Assembly: GCA_977018835.1 (NCBI GenBank)
Contig: OZ361258.1
Span: 2,790,001-2,854,000, forward strand
DNA length: 64,000 nucleotides
Direction: 5' to 3'
Source of the DNA: Minutocellus sp. GHC0000111
Taxonomy: Eukaryota
A program made the translations under genes and the position numbers. Numbering within the stretch: position 1 is the stretch's first letter; every line of letters starts with the position of its first letter. Positions 27,001 to 42,000 of this stretch are shown here, piece after piece. Under the pieces are notes generated by a model. It did no database searches. It was given only the letters and a program-made list of their open reading frames with translations, and had not been told where the DNA came from.

Positions 27001-30000
27001 TCAGCGGTGTTGATTCTTCGATGGTGAAGCCATTGTTTGGATCGGTGCCTGCGGCTGCTCCTGCGCCTACGTCTGAAGCCGCACCTGCTCCTGCGCCGGC
27101 TGGTGCATCTGCGACTGACAATGGTACCGACAACATTAGGGAAGACGATGTTGGAGTGTCAGGAACGGCGAAGCCTTTGTCGGATACTGATGAGGCGAGG
27201 ACAGCCACGGCCGTCTTTGATTCTCTCGATGAGGGCAAGAAGGGCAGGGTACCGGCCTCAATGTTCGAGGCGCTCACCGACGAGCTTGGCGAAGGCTTCC
27301 ACGGGGACGAGTTCGACAAGCAACTTGCCATCATCGACCCTGAAGGGACGGGCTTCATCGCTCGGTCCTCCTTTGCGGCATGGTACTCGGAGCTTGTCCT
27401 CGGAGGCTCTGGAGATGGCGAAGATGGTTCCGATGCTGGATCGCTCGACACTGAGGAGCGAGAAGAACGTGAGGAGGAGCGTCAGAATGCTGACGAGGCC
27501 TTTACTGCCGCGGCTGGTGAGGATGTGGACGTCCTTGCCGTGTCAGCCTTCAGTGATCTGATTGAGTCTATGGGCACGACTTACTGCGAAGAGGAGCACC
27601 GACGTACCATCAAGAAAATTAGCAGCGAGGATGGCGCTACGATATCTCGTGATGCTTTCGTCGCTTGGTATTTGGACTGGCTCTTTGGAGGCGATGAGTC
27701 CGATATCGAGAGCGACGAAGGTGAAGATGACGAGGATGGTGATGCCGACGGTGCTGGTGGTACTGGCGGTGCATCGTCATCGGAGGGATGGGGAGGTACC
27801 TTTGGCGCTGCCGAGGAGGGTTCCTGGAAGTGCGATGCTTGTATGGTCCGGAACAAGGCTTCAGATGCCAAATGTGCTGCCTGTGAGACTGCACGCCCTG
27901 GATACGAAGCCAAGGCTGCGGAGGTATCGAGCGGCGATGGCTCGGCCACTGCGTCGTCAGCGGCGGCGTTTGCATCTGAGATAGGAACTGGTGGATTTTC
28001 ATTCGGTGGCGGTGGTAGTAGCAGCAGTACCGCGGCACCTGCTCCTGCCTCATCCTCATCGATTGGAGCCGGCGGCTTCAGCTTTGGTGGCAATACTACT
28101 ACTAGCAGCGCAGCGACACCAGCTCCGGCCTTTGGCGCATCATCGGCGGTCTCGTCCTCATCTTCAGGCGGAGGCTTCGCGTTTGGTGCGCCCGCCACTG
28201 CAGCACCAGCTCCACCTTCGGGAGTAGGAGGAGGAGGCTTTACGTTCGGCGTCAAGCCTGCCGTCACATCTGCTGCATCTGACAAAGTGAATCCTGACGC
28301 CACCGCACCCTCAGCTGCCCAACAAGAGAATCCGGCAGCGGAAAAAGAAGACGACGAGGTCTACTCAGACGACCTCATCGGCACCGCCGACACAGCACGG
28401 ACGGCCTACGATGAGATCGCTGAGGGTGCAACATCTCTTCCCAGCAGCAGATTCGACGATCTGCTCGATGTGGTCGGCGAGGGCTTCTATGGCGACGAGA
28501 AGGACGAGCAGCTTGCCATCATCGATCCGAGCAGCACCGGCACCATTACCAAGAAGGCCTTTGTTTCGTGGTACGTCAACTTCGTCACCGCTGCAGATGC
28601 CGACGATGACGAGTCGGCCTCGTTAGACACCGCCGACCGCGAAGAACGCGAGGAGGAAAGGCAGAACGCCGACCAGGCCTTTACTGACACCGTCGGCGAG
28701 GGCATCGATGTTATTGACTCGGCCGCCTTTGGAGATCTGATTGAGTCGATGGGCACTACATACTGTGAGGAAGAGCATCGCCGCACCATCAAGAAGATTA
28801 GCGGTGCGGATGGGAAGATTTCCCGCGATGCATTCATTGCATGGTATCTTGACTGGTTGTTTGGGGGTGATGAGTCCGACATCGAGACGGATGAGGAGGA
28901 CGAAGCCGGCGAAGAAGAAGAGAGACCGGCCACATCGGGTGGAGAAGGGTGGGGCAATGCATTCGGCGTCGAGGAAGGATCCTGGAAGTGCGATGCTTGC
29001 ATGGTGCGTAACAAGGCCGGTGATACCAAGTGTGCTGCTTGTGAGACTGTCCGCCCTGGATACGAAGACAAGCAAGAGGAGAGCAGCGATAGTGCTGCCG
29101 CGAGTGGGTCTGCCATCGGCGCCGGTGGTTTTAGCTTCGGCGGAGGGGCGAGTACTGCTGCTGCGGCCGCTCCTTCGATTGGATCGGGAGGATTCAGCTT
29201 TGGTGGGGCTACTACATCGGCACCAGCACCAGCACCGGCACCTGTAACTGCTGTATCGTCTGGCGGAGGCTTCAGCTTTGGTGCCAAGCCATCATCAACT
29301 GCAACCAGCTCTACTACCGGAGGATTCAGTTTTGGTGCACCGCCTGCGCCTGCGGGCAAGGTACCGGACAAGGCCGAGAAGAAGAAAGACGAGAAGGCAG
29401 TATCATCCTCAAGTGCAAGTTTCCCCCCTCTTGCGACCAAGGCACCGACGCCCTTCTCGGCAACTGCGAAGGCGAGTGCAGCAGCTCCAGCAGCCACCGC
29501 AAAGCCCGCCGCTTCAAGTAGCGCCTTCCCACCGATGAGTACTGCAGCTCCTAAGAATCCATTCTCGGCAACTGCGAAGGCCCCTGTTGCTGCGGCTCCA
29601 GCACCAGCTCCAGCACCAGCGGCCAAGCCTGCTGCTTCGAGTAGCGCATTCCCGCCGATGAGTACTGCAGCTCCTAAGAATCCGTTCTCCGCTCCCTCGA
29701 AGCCTCCAGCACCAGCACCAGCGGCCAAGCCTGCTGCTTCGAGTAGCGCATTCCCGCCGATGAGTACTGCAGCTCCTAAGAATCCGTTCTCCGCTCCCTC
29801 GAAGCCTCCAGCACCAGCACCAGCGGCCAAGCCTGCTGCTTCGAGTAGCGCATTCCCGCCGATGAGTACTGCAGCTCCTAAGAATCCGTTCTCCGCTCCC
29901 TCGAAGCCTCCAGCACCAGCACCAGCGGCCAAGTCCGCTGCTTCGAGTAGTGCATTCCCGCCGATGAGTACTGCAGCTCCTAAGAATCCGTTCGCGTCGG

Positions 30001-33000
30001 TAAAGCTGACGTCGAGCTCTGCTACAATCGGCAGCACGAGTACGAGCGGTGGCTTTTCGTTTGGCACCCCAAGCACTCTCGGCGGTGGCAGCGGGGCGCC
30101 GGCAACGACCAAGGGCGGCTTTTCGTTTGGATCGACGGGAAGTGCGACCTTTGGCAGTCCACCGGCCAAGTTGGAGGCCCCCAAGGCCACCGAGCAGGAG
30201 AAGTCAGCGCCGATATTTGGCTCTGGGTCGAAGGCTCCGGTCTTTGGAAGCGGCTCTGGCGTTGGTGGTTTTGCGGCCCTCGCATCGTCTCCAGCTCCTG
30301 CTGGTGCTGGTGCAGGGAGCAAGACATCGTCGACTGGCTTTGGTTTTGGCTTTGGCGGTAGCAGTAGTAGTAGTACTAGTGGTGTCAGCGGTGTTGATTC
30401 TTCGATGGTGAAGCCATTGTTTGGATCGGTGCCTGCGGCTGCTCCTGCGCCTACGTCTGAAGCCGCACCTGCTCCTGCGCCGGCTGGTGCATCTGCGACT
30501 GACAATGGTACCGACAACATTAGGGAAGACGATGTTGGAGTATCAGGAACGGCGAAGCCTTTGTCGGATACTGATGAGGCGAGGACAGCCACGGCCGTCT
30601 TTGATTCTCTCGATGAGGGCAAGAAGGGCAGGGTACCGGCCTCAATGTTCGAGGCGCTCACCGACGAGCTTGGCGAAGGCTTCCACGGGGACGAGTTCGA
30701 CAAGCAACTTGCCATCATCGACCCTGAAGGGACGGGCTTCATCGCTCGGTCCTCCTTTGCGGCATGGTACTCGGAGCTTGTCCTCGGAGGCTCTGGAGAT
30801 GGCGAAGATGGTTCCGATGCTGGATCGCTCGACACTGAGGAGCGAGAAGAACGTGAGGAGGAGCGTCAGAATGCTGACGAGGCCTTTACTGCCGCGGCTG
30901 GTGAGGATGTGGACGTCCTTGCCGTGTCAGCCTTCAGTGATCTGATTGAGTCTATGGGCACGACTTACTGCGAAGAGGAGCACCGACGTACCATCAAGAA
31001 AATTAGCAGCGAGGATGGCGCTACGATATCTCGTGATGCTTTCGTCGCTTGGTATTTGGACTGGCTCTTTGGAGGCGATGAGTCCGATATCGAGAGCGAC
31101 GAAGGTGAAGATGACGAGGATGGTGATGCCGACGGTGCTGGTGGTACTGGCGGTGCATCGTCATCGGAGGGATGGGGAGGTACCTTTGGCGCTGCCGAGG
31201 AGGGTTCCTGGAAGTGCGATGCTTGTATGGTCCGGAACAAGGCTTCAGATGCCAAGTGTGCTGCCTGTGAGACTGCACGCCCTGGATACGAAGCCAAGGC
31301 TGCGGAGGTATCGAGCGGCGATGGCTCGGCCACTGCGTCGTCAGCGGCGGCGTTTGCATCTGAGATAGGAACTGGTGGATTTTCATTCGGTGGCGGTGGT
31401 AGTAGCAGCAGTACCGCGGCACCTGCTCCTGCCTCATCCTCATCGATTGGAGCCGGCGGCTTCAGCTTTGGTGGCAATACTACTACTAGCAGCGCAGCGA
31501 CACCAGCTCCGGCCTTTGGCGCATCATCGGCGGTCTCGTCCTCATCTTCAGGCGGAGGCTTCGCGTTTGGTGCGCCCGCCACTGCAGCACCAGCTCCACC
31601 TTCGGGAGTAGGAGGAGGAGGCTTTACGTTCGGCGTCAAGCCTGCCGTCACATCTGCTGCATCTGACAAAGTGAATCCTGACGCCACCGCACCCTCAGCT
31701 GCCCAACAAGAGAATCCGGCAGCGGAAAAAGAAGACGACGAGGTCTACTCAGACGACCTCATCGGCACCGCCGACACAGCACGGACGGCCTACGATGAGA
31801 TCGCTGAGGGTGCAACATCTCTTCCCAGCAGCAGATTCGACGATCTGCTCGATGTGGTCGGCGAGGGCTTCTATGGCGACGAGAAGGACGAGCAGCTTGC
31901 CATCATCGATCCGAGCAGCACCGGCACCATTACCAAGAAGGCCTTTGTTTCGTGGTACGTCAACTTCGTCACCGCTGCAGATGCCGACGATGACGAGTCG
32001 GCCTCGTTAGACACCGCCGACCGCGAAGAACGCGAGGAGGAAAGGCAGAACGCCGACCAGGCCTTTACTGACACCGTCGGCGAGGGCATCGATGTTATTG
32101 ACTCGGCCGCCTTTGGAGATCTGATTGAGTCGATGGGCACTACATACTGTGAGGAAGAGCATCGCCGCACCATCAAGAAGATTAGCGGTGCGGATGGGAA
32201 GATTTCCCGCGATGCATTCATTGCATGGTATCTTGACTGGTTGTTTGGGGGTGATGAGTCCGACATCGAGACGGATGAGGAGGACGAAGCCGGCGAAGAA
32301 GAAGAGAGACCGGCCACATCGGGTGGAGAAGGGTGGGGCAATGCATTCGGCGTCGAGGAAGGATCCTGGAAGTGCGATGCTTGCATGGTGCGTAACAAGG
32401 CCGGTGATACCAAGTGTGCTGCTTGTGAGACTGTCCGCCCTGGATACGAAGACAAGCAAGAGGAGAGCAGCGATAGTGCTGCCGCGAGTGGGTCTGCCAT
32501 CGGCGCCGGTGGTTTTAGCTTCGGCGGAGGGGCGAGTACTGCTGCTGCGGCCGCTCCTTCGATTGGATCGGGAGGATTCAGCTTTGGTGGGGCTACTACA
32601 TCGGCACCAGCACCAGCACCGGCACCTGTAACTGCTGTATCGTCTGGCGGAGGCTTCAGCTTTGGTGCCAAGCCATCATCAACTGCAACCAGCTCTACTA
32701 CCGGAGGATTCAGTTTTGGTGCACCGCCTGCGCCTGCGGGCAAGGTACCGGACAAGGCCGAGAAGAAGAAAGACGAGAAGGCAGTATCATCCTCAAGTGC
32801 AAGTTTCCCCCCTCTTGCGACCAAGGCACCGACGCCCTTCTCGGCAACTGCGAAGGCGAGTGCAGCAGCTCCAGCAGCCACCGCAAAGCCCGCCGCTTCA
32901 AGTAGCGCCTTCCCACCGATGAGTACTGCAGCTCCTAAGAATCCATTCTCGGCAACTGCGAAGGCCCCTGTTGCTGCGGCTCCAGCACCAGCTCCAGCAC

Positions 33001-36000
33001 CAGCGGCCAAGCCTGCTGCTTCGAGTAGCGCATTCCCGCCGATGAGTACTGCAGCTCCTAAGAATCCGTTCTCCGCTCCCTCGAAGCCTCCAGCACCAGC
33101 ACCAGCGGCCAAGCCTGCTGCTTCGAGTAGCGCATTCCCGCCGATGAGTACTGCAGCTCCTAAGAATCCGTTCTCCGCTCCCTCGAAGCCTCCAGCACCA
33201 GCACCAGCGGCCAAGCCTGCTGCTTCGAGTAGCGCATTCCCGCCGATGAGTACTGCAGCTCCTAAGAATCCGTTCTCCGCTCCCTCGAAGCCTCCAGCAC
33301 CAGCACCAGCGGCCAAGTCCGCTGCTTCGAGTAGTGCATTCCCGCCGATGAGTACTGCAGCTCCTAAGAATCCGTTCGCGTCGGTAAAGCTGACGTCGAG
33401 CTCTGCTACAATCGGCAGCACGAGTACGAGCGGTGGCTTTTCGTTTGGCACCCCAAGCACTCTCGGCGGTGGCAGCGGGGCGCCGGCAACGACCAAGGGC
33501 GGCTTTTCGTTTGGATCGACGGGAAGTGCGACCTTTGGCAGTCCACCGGCCAAGTTGGAGGCCCCCAAGGCCACCGAGCAGGAGAAGTCAGCGCCGATAT
33601 TTGGCTCTGGGTCGAAGGCTCCGGTCTTTGGAAGCGGCTCTGGCGTTGGTGGTTTTGCGGCCCTCGCATCGTCTCCAGCTCCTGCTGGTGCTGGTGCAGG
33701 GAGCAAGACATCGTCGACTGGCTTTGGTTTTGGCTTTGGCGGTAGCAGTAGTAGTAGTACTAGTGGTGTCAGCGGTGTTGATTCTTCGATGGTGAAGCCA
33801 TTGTTTGGATCGGTGCCTGCGGCTGCTCCTGCGCCTACGTCTGAAGCCGCACCTGCTCCTGCGCCGGCTGGTGCATCTGCGACTGACAATGGTACCGACA
33901 ACATTAGGGAAGACGATGTTGGAGTGTCAGGAACGGCGAAGCCTTTGTCGGATACTGATGAGGCGAGGACAGCCACGGCCGTCTTTGATTCTCTCGATGA
34001 GGGCAAGAAGGGCAGGGTACCGGCCTCAATGTTCGAGGCGCTCACCGACGAGCTTGGCGAAGGCTTCCACGGGGACGAGTTCGACAAGCAACTTGCCATC
34101 ATCGACCCTGAAGGGACGGGCTTCATCGCTCGGTCCTCCTTTGCGGCATGGTACTCGGAGCTTGTCCTCGGAGGCTCTGGAGATGGCGAAGATGGTTCCG
34201 ATGCTGGATCGCTCGACACTGAGGAGCGAGAAGAACGTGAGGAGGAGCGTCAGAATGCTGACGAGGCCTTTACTGCCGCGGCTGGTGAGGATGTGGACGT
34301 CCTTGCCGTGTCAGCCTTCAGTGATCTGATTGAGTCTATGGGCACGACTTACTGCGAAGAGGAGCACCGACGTACCATCAAGAAAATTAGCAGCGAGGAT
34401 GGCGCTACGATATCTCGTGATGCTTTCGTCGCTTGGTATTTGGACTGGCTCTTTGGAGGCGATGAGTCCGATATCGAGAGCGACGAAGGTGAAGATGACG
34501 AGGATGGTGATGCCGACGGTGCTGGTGGTACTGGCGGTGCATCGTCATCGGAGGGATGGGGAGGTACCTTTGGCGCTGCCGAGGAGGGTTCCTGGAAGTG
34601 CGATGCTTGTATGGTCCGGAACAAGGCTTCAGATGCCAAGTGTGCTGCCTGTGAGACTGCACGCCCTGGATACGAAGCCAAGGCTGCGGAGGTATCGAGC
34701 GGCGATGGCTCGGCCACTGCGTCGTCAGCGGCGGCGTTTGCATCTGAGATAGGAACTGGTGGATTTTCATTCGGTGGCGGTGGTAGTAGCAGCAGTACCG
34801 CGGCACCTGCTCCTGCCTCATCCTCATCGATTGGAGCCGGCGGCTTCAGCTTTGGTGGCAATACTACTACTAGCAGCGCAGCGACACCAGCTCCGGCCTT
34901 TGGCGCATCATCGGCGGTCTCGTCCTCATCTTCAGGCGGAGGCTTCGCGTTTGGTGCGCCCGCCACTGCAGCACCAGCTCCACCTTCGGGAGTAGGAGGA
35001 GGAGGCTTTACGTTCGGCGTCAAGCCTGCCGTCACATCTGCTGCATCTGACAAAGTGAATCCTGACGCCACCGCACCCTCAGCTGCCCAACAAGAGAATC
35101 CGGCAGCGGAAAAAGAAGACGACGAGGTCTACTCAGACGACCTCATCGGCACCGCCGACACAGCACGGACGGCCTACGATGAGATCGCTGAGGGTGCAAC
35201 ATCTCTTCCCAGCAGCAGATTCGACGATCTGCTCGATGTGGTCGGCGAGGGCTTCTATGGCGACGAGAAGGACGAGCAGCTTGCCATCATCGATCCGAGC
35301 AGCACCGGCACCATTACCAAGAAGGCCTTTGTTTCGTGGTACGTCAACTTCGTCACCGCTGCAGATGCCGACGATGACGAGTCGGCCTCGTTAGACACCG
35401 CCGACCGCGAAGAACGCGAGGAGGAAAGGCAGAACGCCGACCAGGCCTTTACTGACACCGTCGGCGAGGGCATCGATGTTATTGACTCGGCCGCCTTTGG
35501 AGATCTGATTGAGTCGATGGGCACTACATACTGTGAGGAAGAGCATCGCCGCACCATCAAGAAGATTAGCGGTGCGGATGGGAAGATTTCCCGCGATGCA
35601 TTCATTGCATGGTATCTTGACTGGTTGTTTGGGGGTGATGAGTCCGACATCGAGACGGATGAGGAGGACGAAGCCGGCGAAGAAGAAGAGAGACCGGCCA
35701 CATCGGGTGGAGAAGGGTGGGGCAATGCATTCGGCGTCGAGGAAGGATCCTGGAAGTGCGATGCTTGCATGGTGCGTAACAAGGCCGGTGATACCAAGTG
35801 TGCTGCTTGTGAGACTGTCCGCCCTGGATACGAAGACAAGCAAGAGGAGAGCAGCGATAGTGCTGCCGCGAGTGGGTCTGCCATCGGCGCCGGTGGTTTT
35901 AGCTTCGGCGGAGGGGCGAGTACTGCTGCTGCGGCCGCTCCTTCGATTGGATCGGGAGGATTCAGCTTTGGTGGGGCTACTACATCGGCACCAGCACCAG

Positions 36001-39000
36001 CACCGGCACCTGTAACTGCTGTATCGTCTGGCGGAGGCTTCAGCTTTGGTGCCAAGCCATCATCAACTGCAACCAGCTCTACTACCGGAGGATTCAGTTT
36101 TGGTGCACCGCCTGCGCCTGCGGGCAAGGTACCGGACAAGGCCGAGAAGAAGAAAGACGAGAAGGCAGTATCATCCTCAAGTGCAAGTTTCCCCCCTCTT
36201 GCGACCAAGGCACCGACGCCCTTCTCGGCAACTGCGAAGGCGAGTGCAGCAGCTCCAGCAGCCACCGCAAAGCCCGCCGCTTCAAGTAGCGCCTTCCCAC
36301 CGATGAGTACTGCAGCTCCTAAGAATCCATTCTCGGCAACTGCGAAGGCCCCTGTTGCTGCGGCTCCAGCACCAGCTCCAGCACCAGCGGCCAAGCCTGC
36401 TGCTTCGAGTAGCGCATTCCCGCCGATGAGTACTGCAGCTCCTAAGAATCCGTTCTCCGCTCCCTCGAAGCCTCCAGCACCAGCACCAGCGGCCAAGCCT
36501 GCTGCTTCGAGTAGCGCATTCCCGCCGATGAGTACTGCAGCTCCTAAGAATCCGTTCTCCGCTCCCTCGAAGCCTCCAGCACCAGCACCAGCGGCCAAGC
36601 CTGCTGCTTCGAGTAGCGCATTCCCGCCGATGAGTACTGCAGCTCCTAAGAATCCGTTCTCCGCTCCCTCGAAGCCTCCAGCACCAGCACCAGCGGCCAA
36701 GTCCGCTGCTTCGAGTAGTGCATTCCCGCCGATGAGTACTGCAGCTCCTAAGAATCCGTTCGCGTCGGTAAAGCTGACGTCGAGCTCTGCTACAATCGGC
36801 AGCACGAGTACGAGCGGTGGCTTTTCGTTTGGCACCCCAAGCACTCTCGGCGGTGGCAGCGGGGCGCCGGCAACGACCAAGGGCGGCTTTTCGTTTGGAT
36901 CGACGGGAAGTGCGACCTTTGGCAGTCCACCGGCCAAGTTGGAGGCCCCCAAGGCCACCGAGCAGGAGAAGTCAGCGCCGATATTTGGCTCTGGGTCGAA
37001 GGCTCCGGTCTTTGGAAGCGGCTCTGGCGTTGGTGGTTTTGCGGCCCTCGCATCGTCTCCAGCTCCTGCTGGTGCTGGTGCAGGGAGCAAGACATCGTCG
37101 ACTGGCTTTGGTTTTGGCTTTGGCGGTAGCAGTAGTAGTAGTACTAGTGGTGTCAGCGGTGTTGATTCTTCGATGGTGAAGCCATTGTTTGGATCGGTGC
37201 CTGCGGCTGCTCCTGCGCCTACGTCTGAAGCCGCACCTGCTCCTGCGCCGGCTGGTGCATCTGCGACTGACAATGGTACCGACAACATTAGGGAAGACGA
37301 TGTTGGAGTATCAGGAACGGCGAAGCCTTTGTCGGATACTGATGAGGCGAGGACAGCCACGGCCGTCTTTGATTCTCTCGATGAGGGCAAGAAGGGCAGG
37401 GTACCGGCCTCAATGTTCGAGGCGCTCACCGACGAGCTTGGCGAAGGCTTCCACGGGGACGAGTTCGACAAGCAACTTGCCATCATCGACCCTGAAGGGA
37501 CGGGCTTCATCGCTCGGTCCTCCTTTGCGGCATGGTACTCGGAGCTTGTCCTCGGAGGCTCTGGAGATGGCGAAGATGGTTCCGATGCTGGATCGCTCGA
37601 CACTGAGGAGCGAGAAGAACGTGAGGAGGAGCGTCAGAATGCTGACGAGGCCTTTACTGCCGCGGCTGGTGAGGATGTGGACGTCCTTGCCGTGTCAGCC
37701 TTCAGTGATCTGATTGAGTCTATGGGCACGACTTACTGCGAAGAGGAGCACCGACGTACCATCAAGAAAATTAGCAGCGAGGATGGCGCTACGATATCTC
37801 GTGATGCTTTCGTCGCTTGGTATTTGGACTGGCTCTTTGGAGGCGATGAGTCCGATATCGAGAGCGACGAAGGTGAAGATGACGAGGATGGTGATGCCGA
37901 CGGTGCTGGTGGTACTGGCGGTGCATCGTCATCGGAGGGATGGGGAGGTACCTTTGGCGCTGCCGAGGAGGGTTCCTGGAAGTGCGATGCTTGTATGGTC
38001 CGGAACAAGGCTTCAGATGCCAAGTGTGCTGCCTGTGAGACTGCACGCCCTGGATACGAAGCCAAGGCTGCGGAGGTATCGAGCGGCGATGGCTCGGCCA
38101 CTGCGTCGTCAGCGGCGGCGTTTGCATCTGAGATAGGAACTGGTGGATTTTCATTCGGTGGCGGTGGTAGTAGCAGCAGTACCGCGGCACCTGCTCCTGC
38201 CTCATCCTCATCGATTGGAGCCGGCGGCTTCAGCTTTGGTGGCAATACTACTACTAGCAGCGCAGCGACACCAGCTCCGGCCTTTGGCGCATCATCGGCG
38301 GTCTCGTCCTCATCTTCAGGCGGAGGCTTCGCGTTTGGTGCGCCCGCCACTGCAGCACCAGCTCCACCTTCGGGAGTAGGAGGAGGAGGCTTTACGTTCG
38401 GCGTCAAGCCTGCCGTCACATCTGCTGCATCTGACAAAGTGAATCCTGACGCCACCGCACCCTCAGCTGCCCAACAAGAGAATCCGGCAGCGGAAAAAGA
38501 AGACGACGAGGTCTACTCAGACGACCTCATCGGCACCGCCGACACAGCACGGACGGCCTACGATGAGATCGCTGAGGGTGCAACATCTCTTCCCAGCAGC
38601 AGATTCGACGATCTGCTCGATGTGGTCGGCGAGGGCTTCTATGGCGACGAGAAGGACGAGCAGCTTGCCATCATCGATCCGAGCAGCACCGGCACCATTA
38701 CCAAGAAGGCCTTTGTTTCGTGGTACGTCAACTTCGTCACCGCTGCAGATGCCGACGATGACGAGTCGGCCTCGTTAGACACCGCCGACCGCGAAGAACG
38801 CGAGGAGGAAAGGCAGAACGCCGACCAGGCCTTTACTGACACCGTCGGCGAGGGCATCGATGTTATTGACTCGGCCGCCTTTGGAGATCTGATTGAGTCG
38901 ATGGGCACTACATACTGTGAGGAAGAGCATCGCCGCACCATCAAGAAGATTAGCGGTGCGGATGGGAAGATTTCCCGCGATGCATTCATTGCATGGTATC

Positions 39001-42000
39001 TTGACTGGTTGTTTGGGGGTGATGAGTCCGACATCGAGACGGATGAGGAGGACGAAGCCGGCGAAGAAGAAGAGAGACCGGCCACATCGGGTGGAGAAGG
39101 GTGGGGCAATGCATTCGGCGTCGAGGAAGGATCCTGGAAGTGCGATGCTTGCATGGTGCGTAACAAGGCCGGTGATACCAAGTGTGCTGCTTGTGAGACT
39201 GTCCGCCCTGGATACGAAGACAAGCAAGAGGAGAGCAGCGATAGTGCTGCCGCGAGTGGGTCTGCCATCGGCGCCGGTGGTTTTAGCTTCGGCGGAGGGG
39301 CGAGTACTGCTGCTGCGGCCGCTCCTTCGATTGGATCGGGAGGATTCAGCTTTGGTGGGGCTACTACATCGGCACCAGCACCAGCACCGGCACCTGTAAC
39401 TGCTGTATCGTCTGGCGGAGGCTTCAGCTTTGGTGCCAAGCCATCATCAACTGCAACCAGCTCTACTACCGGAGGATTCAGTTTTGGTGCACCGCCTGCG
39501 CCTGCGGGCAAGGTACCGGACAAGGCCGAGAAGAAGAAAGACGAGAAGGCAGTATCATCCTCAAGTGCAAGTTTCCCCCCTCTTGCGACCAAGGCACCGA
39601 CGCCCTTCTCGGCAACTGCGAAGGCGAGTGCAGCAGCTCCAGCAGCCACCGCAAAGCCCGCCGCTTCAAGTAGCGCCTTCCCACCGATGAGTACTGCAGC
39701 TCCTAAGAATCCATTCTCGGCAACTGCGAAGGCCCCTGTTGCTGCGGCTCCAGCACCAGCTCCAGCACCAGCGGCCAAGCCTGCTGCTTCGAGTAGCGCA
39801 TTCCCGCCGATGAGTACTGCAGCTCCTAAGAATCCGTTCTCCGCTCCCTCGAAGCCTCCAGCACCAGCACCAGCGGCCAAGCCTGCTGCTTCGAGTAGCG
39901 CATTCCCGCCGATGAGTACTGCAGCTCCTAAGAATCCGTTCTCCGCTCCCTCGAAGCCTCCAGCACCAGCACCAGCGGCCAAGCCTGCTGCTTCGAGTAG
40001 CGCATTCCCGCCGATGAGTACTGCAGCTCCTAAGAATCCGTTCTCCGCTCCCTCGAAGCCTCCAGCACCAGCACCAGCGGCCAAGTCCGCTGCTTCGAGT
40101 AGTGCATTCCCGCCGATGAGTACTGCAGCTCCTAAGAATCCGTTCGCGTCGGTAAAGCTGACGTCGAGCTCTGCTACAATCGGCAGCACGAGTACGAGCG
40201 GTGGCTTTTCGTTTGGCACCCCAAGCACTCTCGGCGGTGGCAGCGGGGCGCCGGCAACGACCAAGGGCGGCTTTTCGTTTGGATCGACGGGAAGTGCGAC
40301 CTTTGGCAGTCCACCGGCCAAGTTGGAGGCCCCCAAGGCCACCGAGCAGGAGAAGTCAGCGCCGATATTTGGCTCTGGGTCGAAGGCTCCGGTCTTTGGA
40401 AGCGGCTCTGGCGTTGGTGGTTTTGCGGCCCTCGCATCGTCTCCAGCTCCTGCTGGTGCTGGTGCAGGGAGCAAGACATCGTCGACTGGCTTTGGTTTTG
40501 GCTTTGGCGGTAGCAGTAGTAGTAGTACTAGTGGTGTCAGCGGTGTTGATTCTTCGATGGTGAAGCCATTGTTTGGATCGGTGCCTGCGGCTGCTCCTGC
40601 GCCTACGTCTGAAGCCGCACCTGCTCCTGCGCCGGCTGGTGCATCTGCGACTGACAATGGTACCGACAACATTAGGGAAGACGATGTTGGAGTGTCAGGA
40701 ACGGCGAAGCCTTTGTCGGATACTGATGAGGCGAGGACAGCCACGGCCGTCTTTGATTCTCTCGATGAGGGCAAGAAGGGCAGGGTACCGGCCTCAATGT
40801 TCGAGGCGCTCACCGACGAGCTTGGCGAAGGCTTCCACGGGGACGAGTTCGACAAGCAACTTGCCATCATCGACCCTGAAGGGACGGGCTTCATCGCTCG
40901 GTCCTCCTTTGCGGCATGGTACTCGGAGCTTGTCCTCGGAGGCTCTGGAGATGGCGAAGATGGTTCCGATGCTGGATCGCTCGACACTGAGGAGCGAGAA
41001 GAACGTGAGGAGGAGCGTCAGAATGCTGACGAGGCCTTTACTGCCGCGGCTGGTGAGGATGTGGACGTCCTTGCCGTGTCAGCCTTCAGTGATCTGATTG
41101 AGTCTATGGGCACGACTTACTGCGAAGAGGAGCACCGACGTACCATCAAGAAAATTAGCAGCGAGGATGGCGCTACGATATCTCGTGATGCTTTCGTCGC
41201 TTGGTATTTGGACTGGCTCTTTGGAGGCGATGAGTCCGATATCGAGAGCGACGAAGGTGAAGATGACGAGGATGGTGATGCCGACGGTGCTGGTGGTACT
41301 GGCGGTGCATCGTCATCGGAGGGATGGGGAGGTACCTTTGGCGCTGCCGAGGAGGGTTCCTGGAAGTGCGATGCTTGTATGGTCCGGAACAAGGCTTCAG
41401 ATGCCAAATGTGCTGCCTGTGAGACTGCACGCCCTGGATACGAAGCCAAGGCTGCGGAGGTATCGAGCGGCGATGGCTCGGCCACTGCGTCGTCAGCGGC
41501 GGCGTTTGCATCTGAGATAGGAACTGGTGGATTTTCATTCGGTGGCGGTGGTAGTAGCAGCAGTACCGCGGCACCTGCTCCTGCCTCATCCTCATCGATT
41601 GGAGCCGGCGGCTTCAGCTTTGGTGGCAATACTACTACTAGCAGCGCAGCGACACCAGCTCCGGCCTTTGGCGCATCATCGGCGGTCTCGTCCTCATCTT
41701 CAGGCGGAGGCTTCGCGTTTGGTGCGCCCGCCACTGCAGCACCAGCTCCACCTTCGGGAGTAGGAGGAGGAGGCTTTACGTTCGGCGTCAAGCCTGCCGT
41801 CACATCTGCTGCATCTGACAAAGTGAATCCTGACGCCACCGCACCCTCAGCTGCCCAACAAGAGAATCCGGCAGCGGAAAAAGAAGACGACGAGGTCTAC
41901 TCAGACGACCTCATCGGCACCGCCGACACAGCACGGACGGCCTACGATGAGATCGCTGAGGGTGCAACATCTCTTCCCAGCAGCAGATTCGACGATCTGC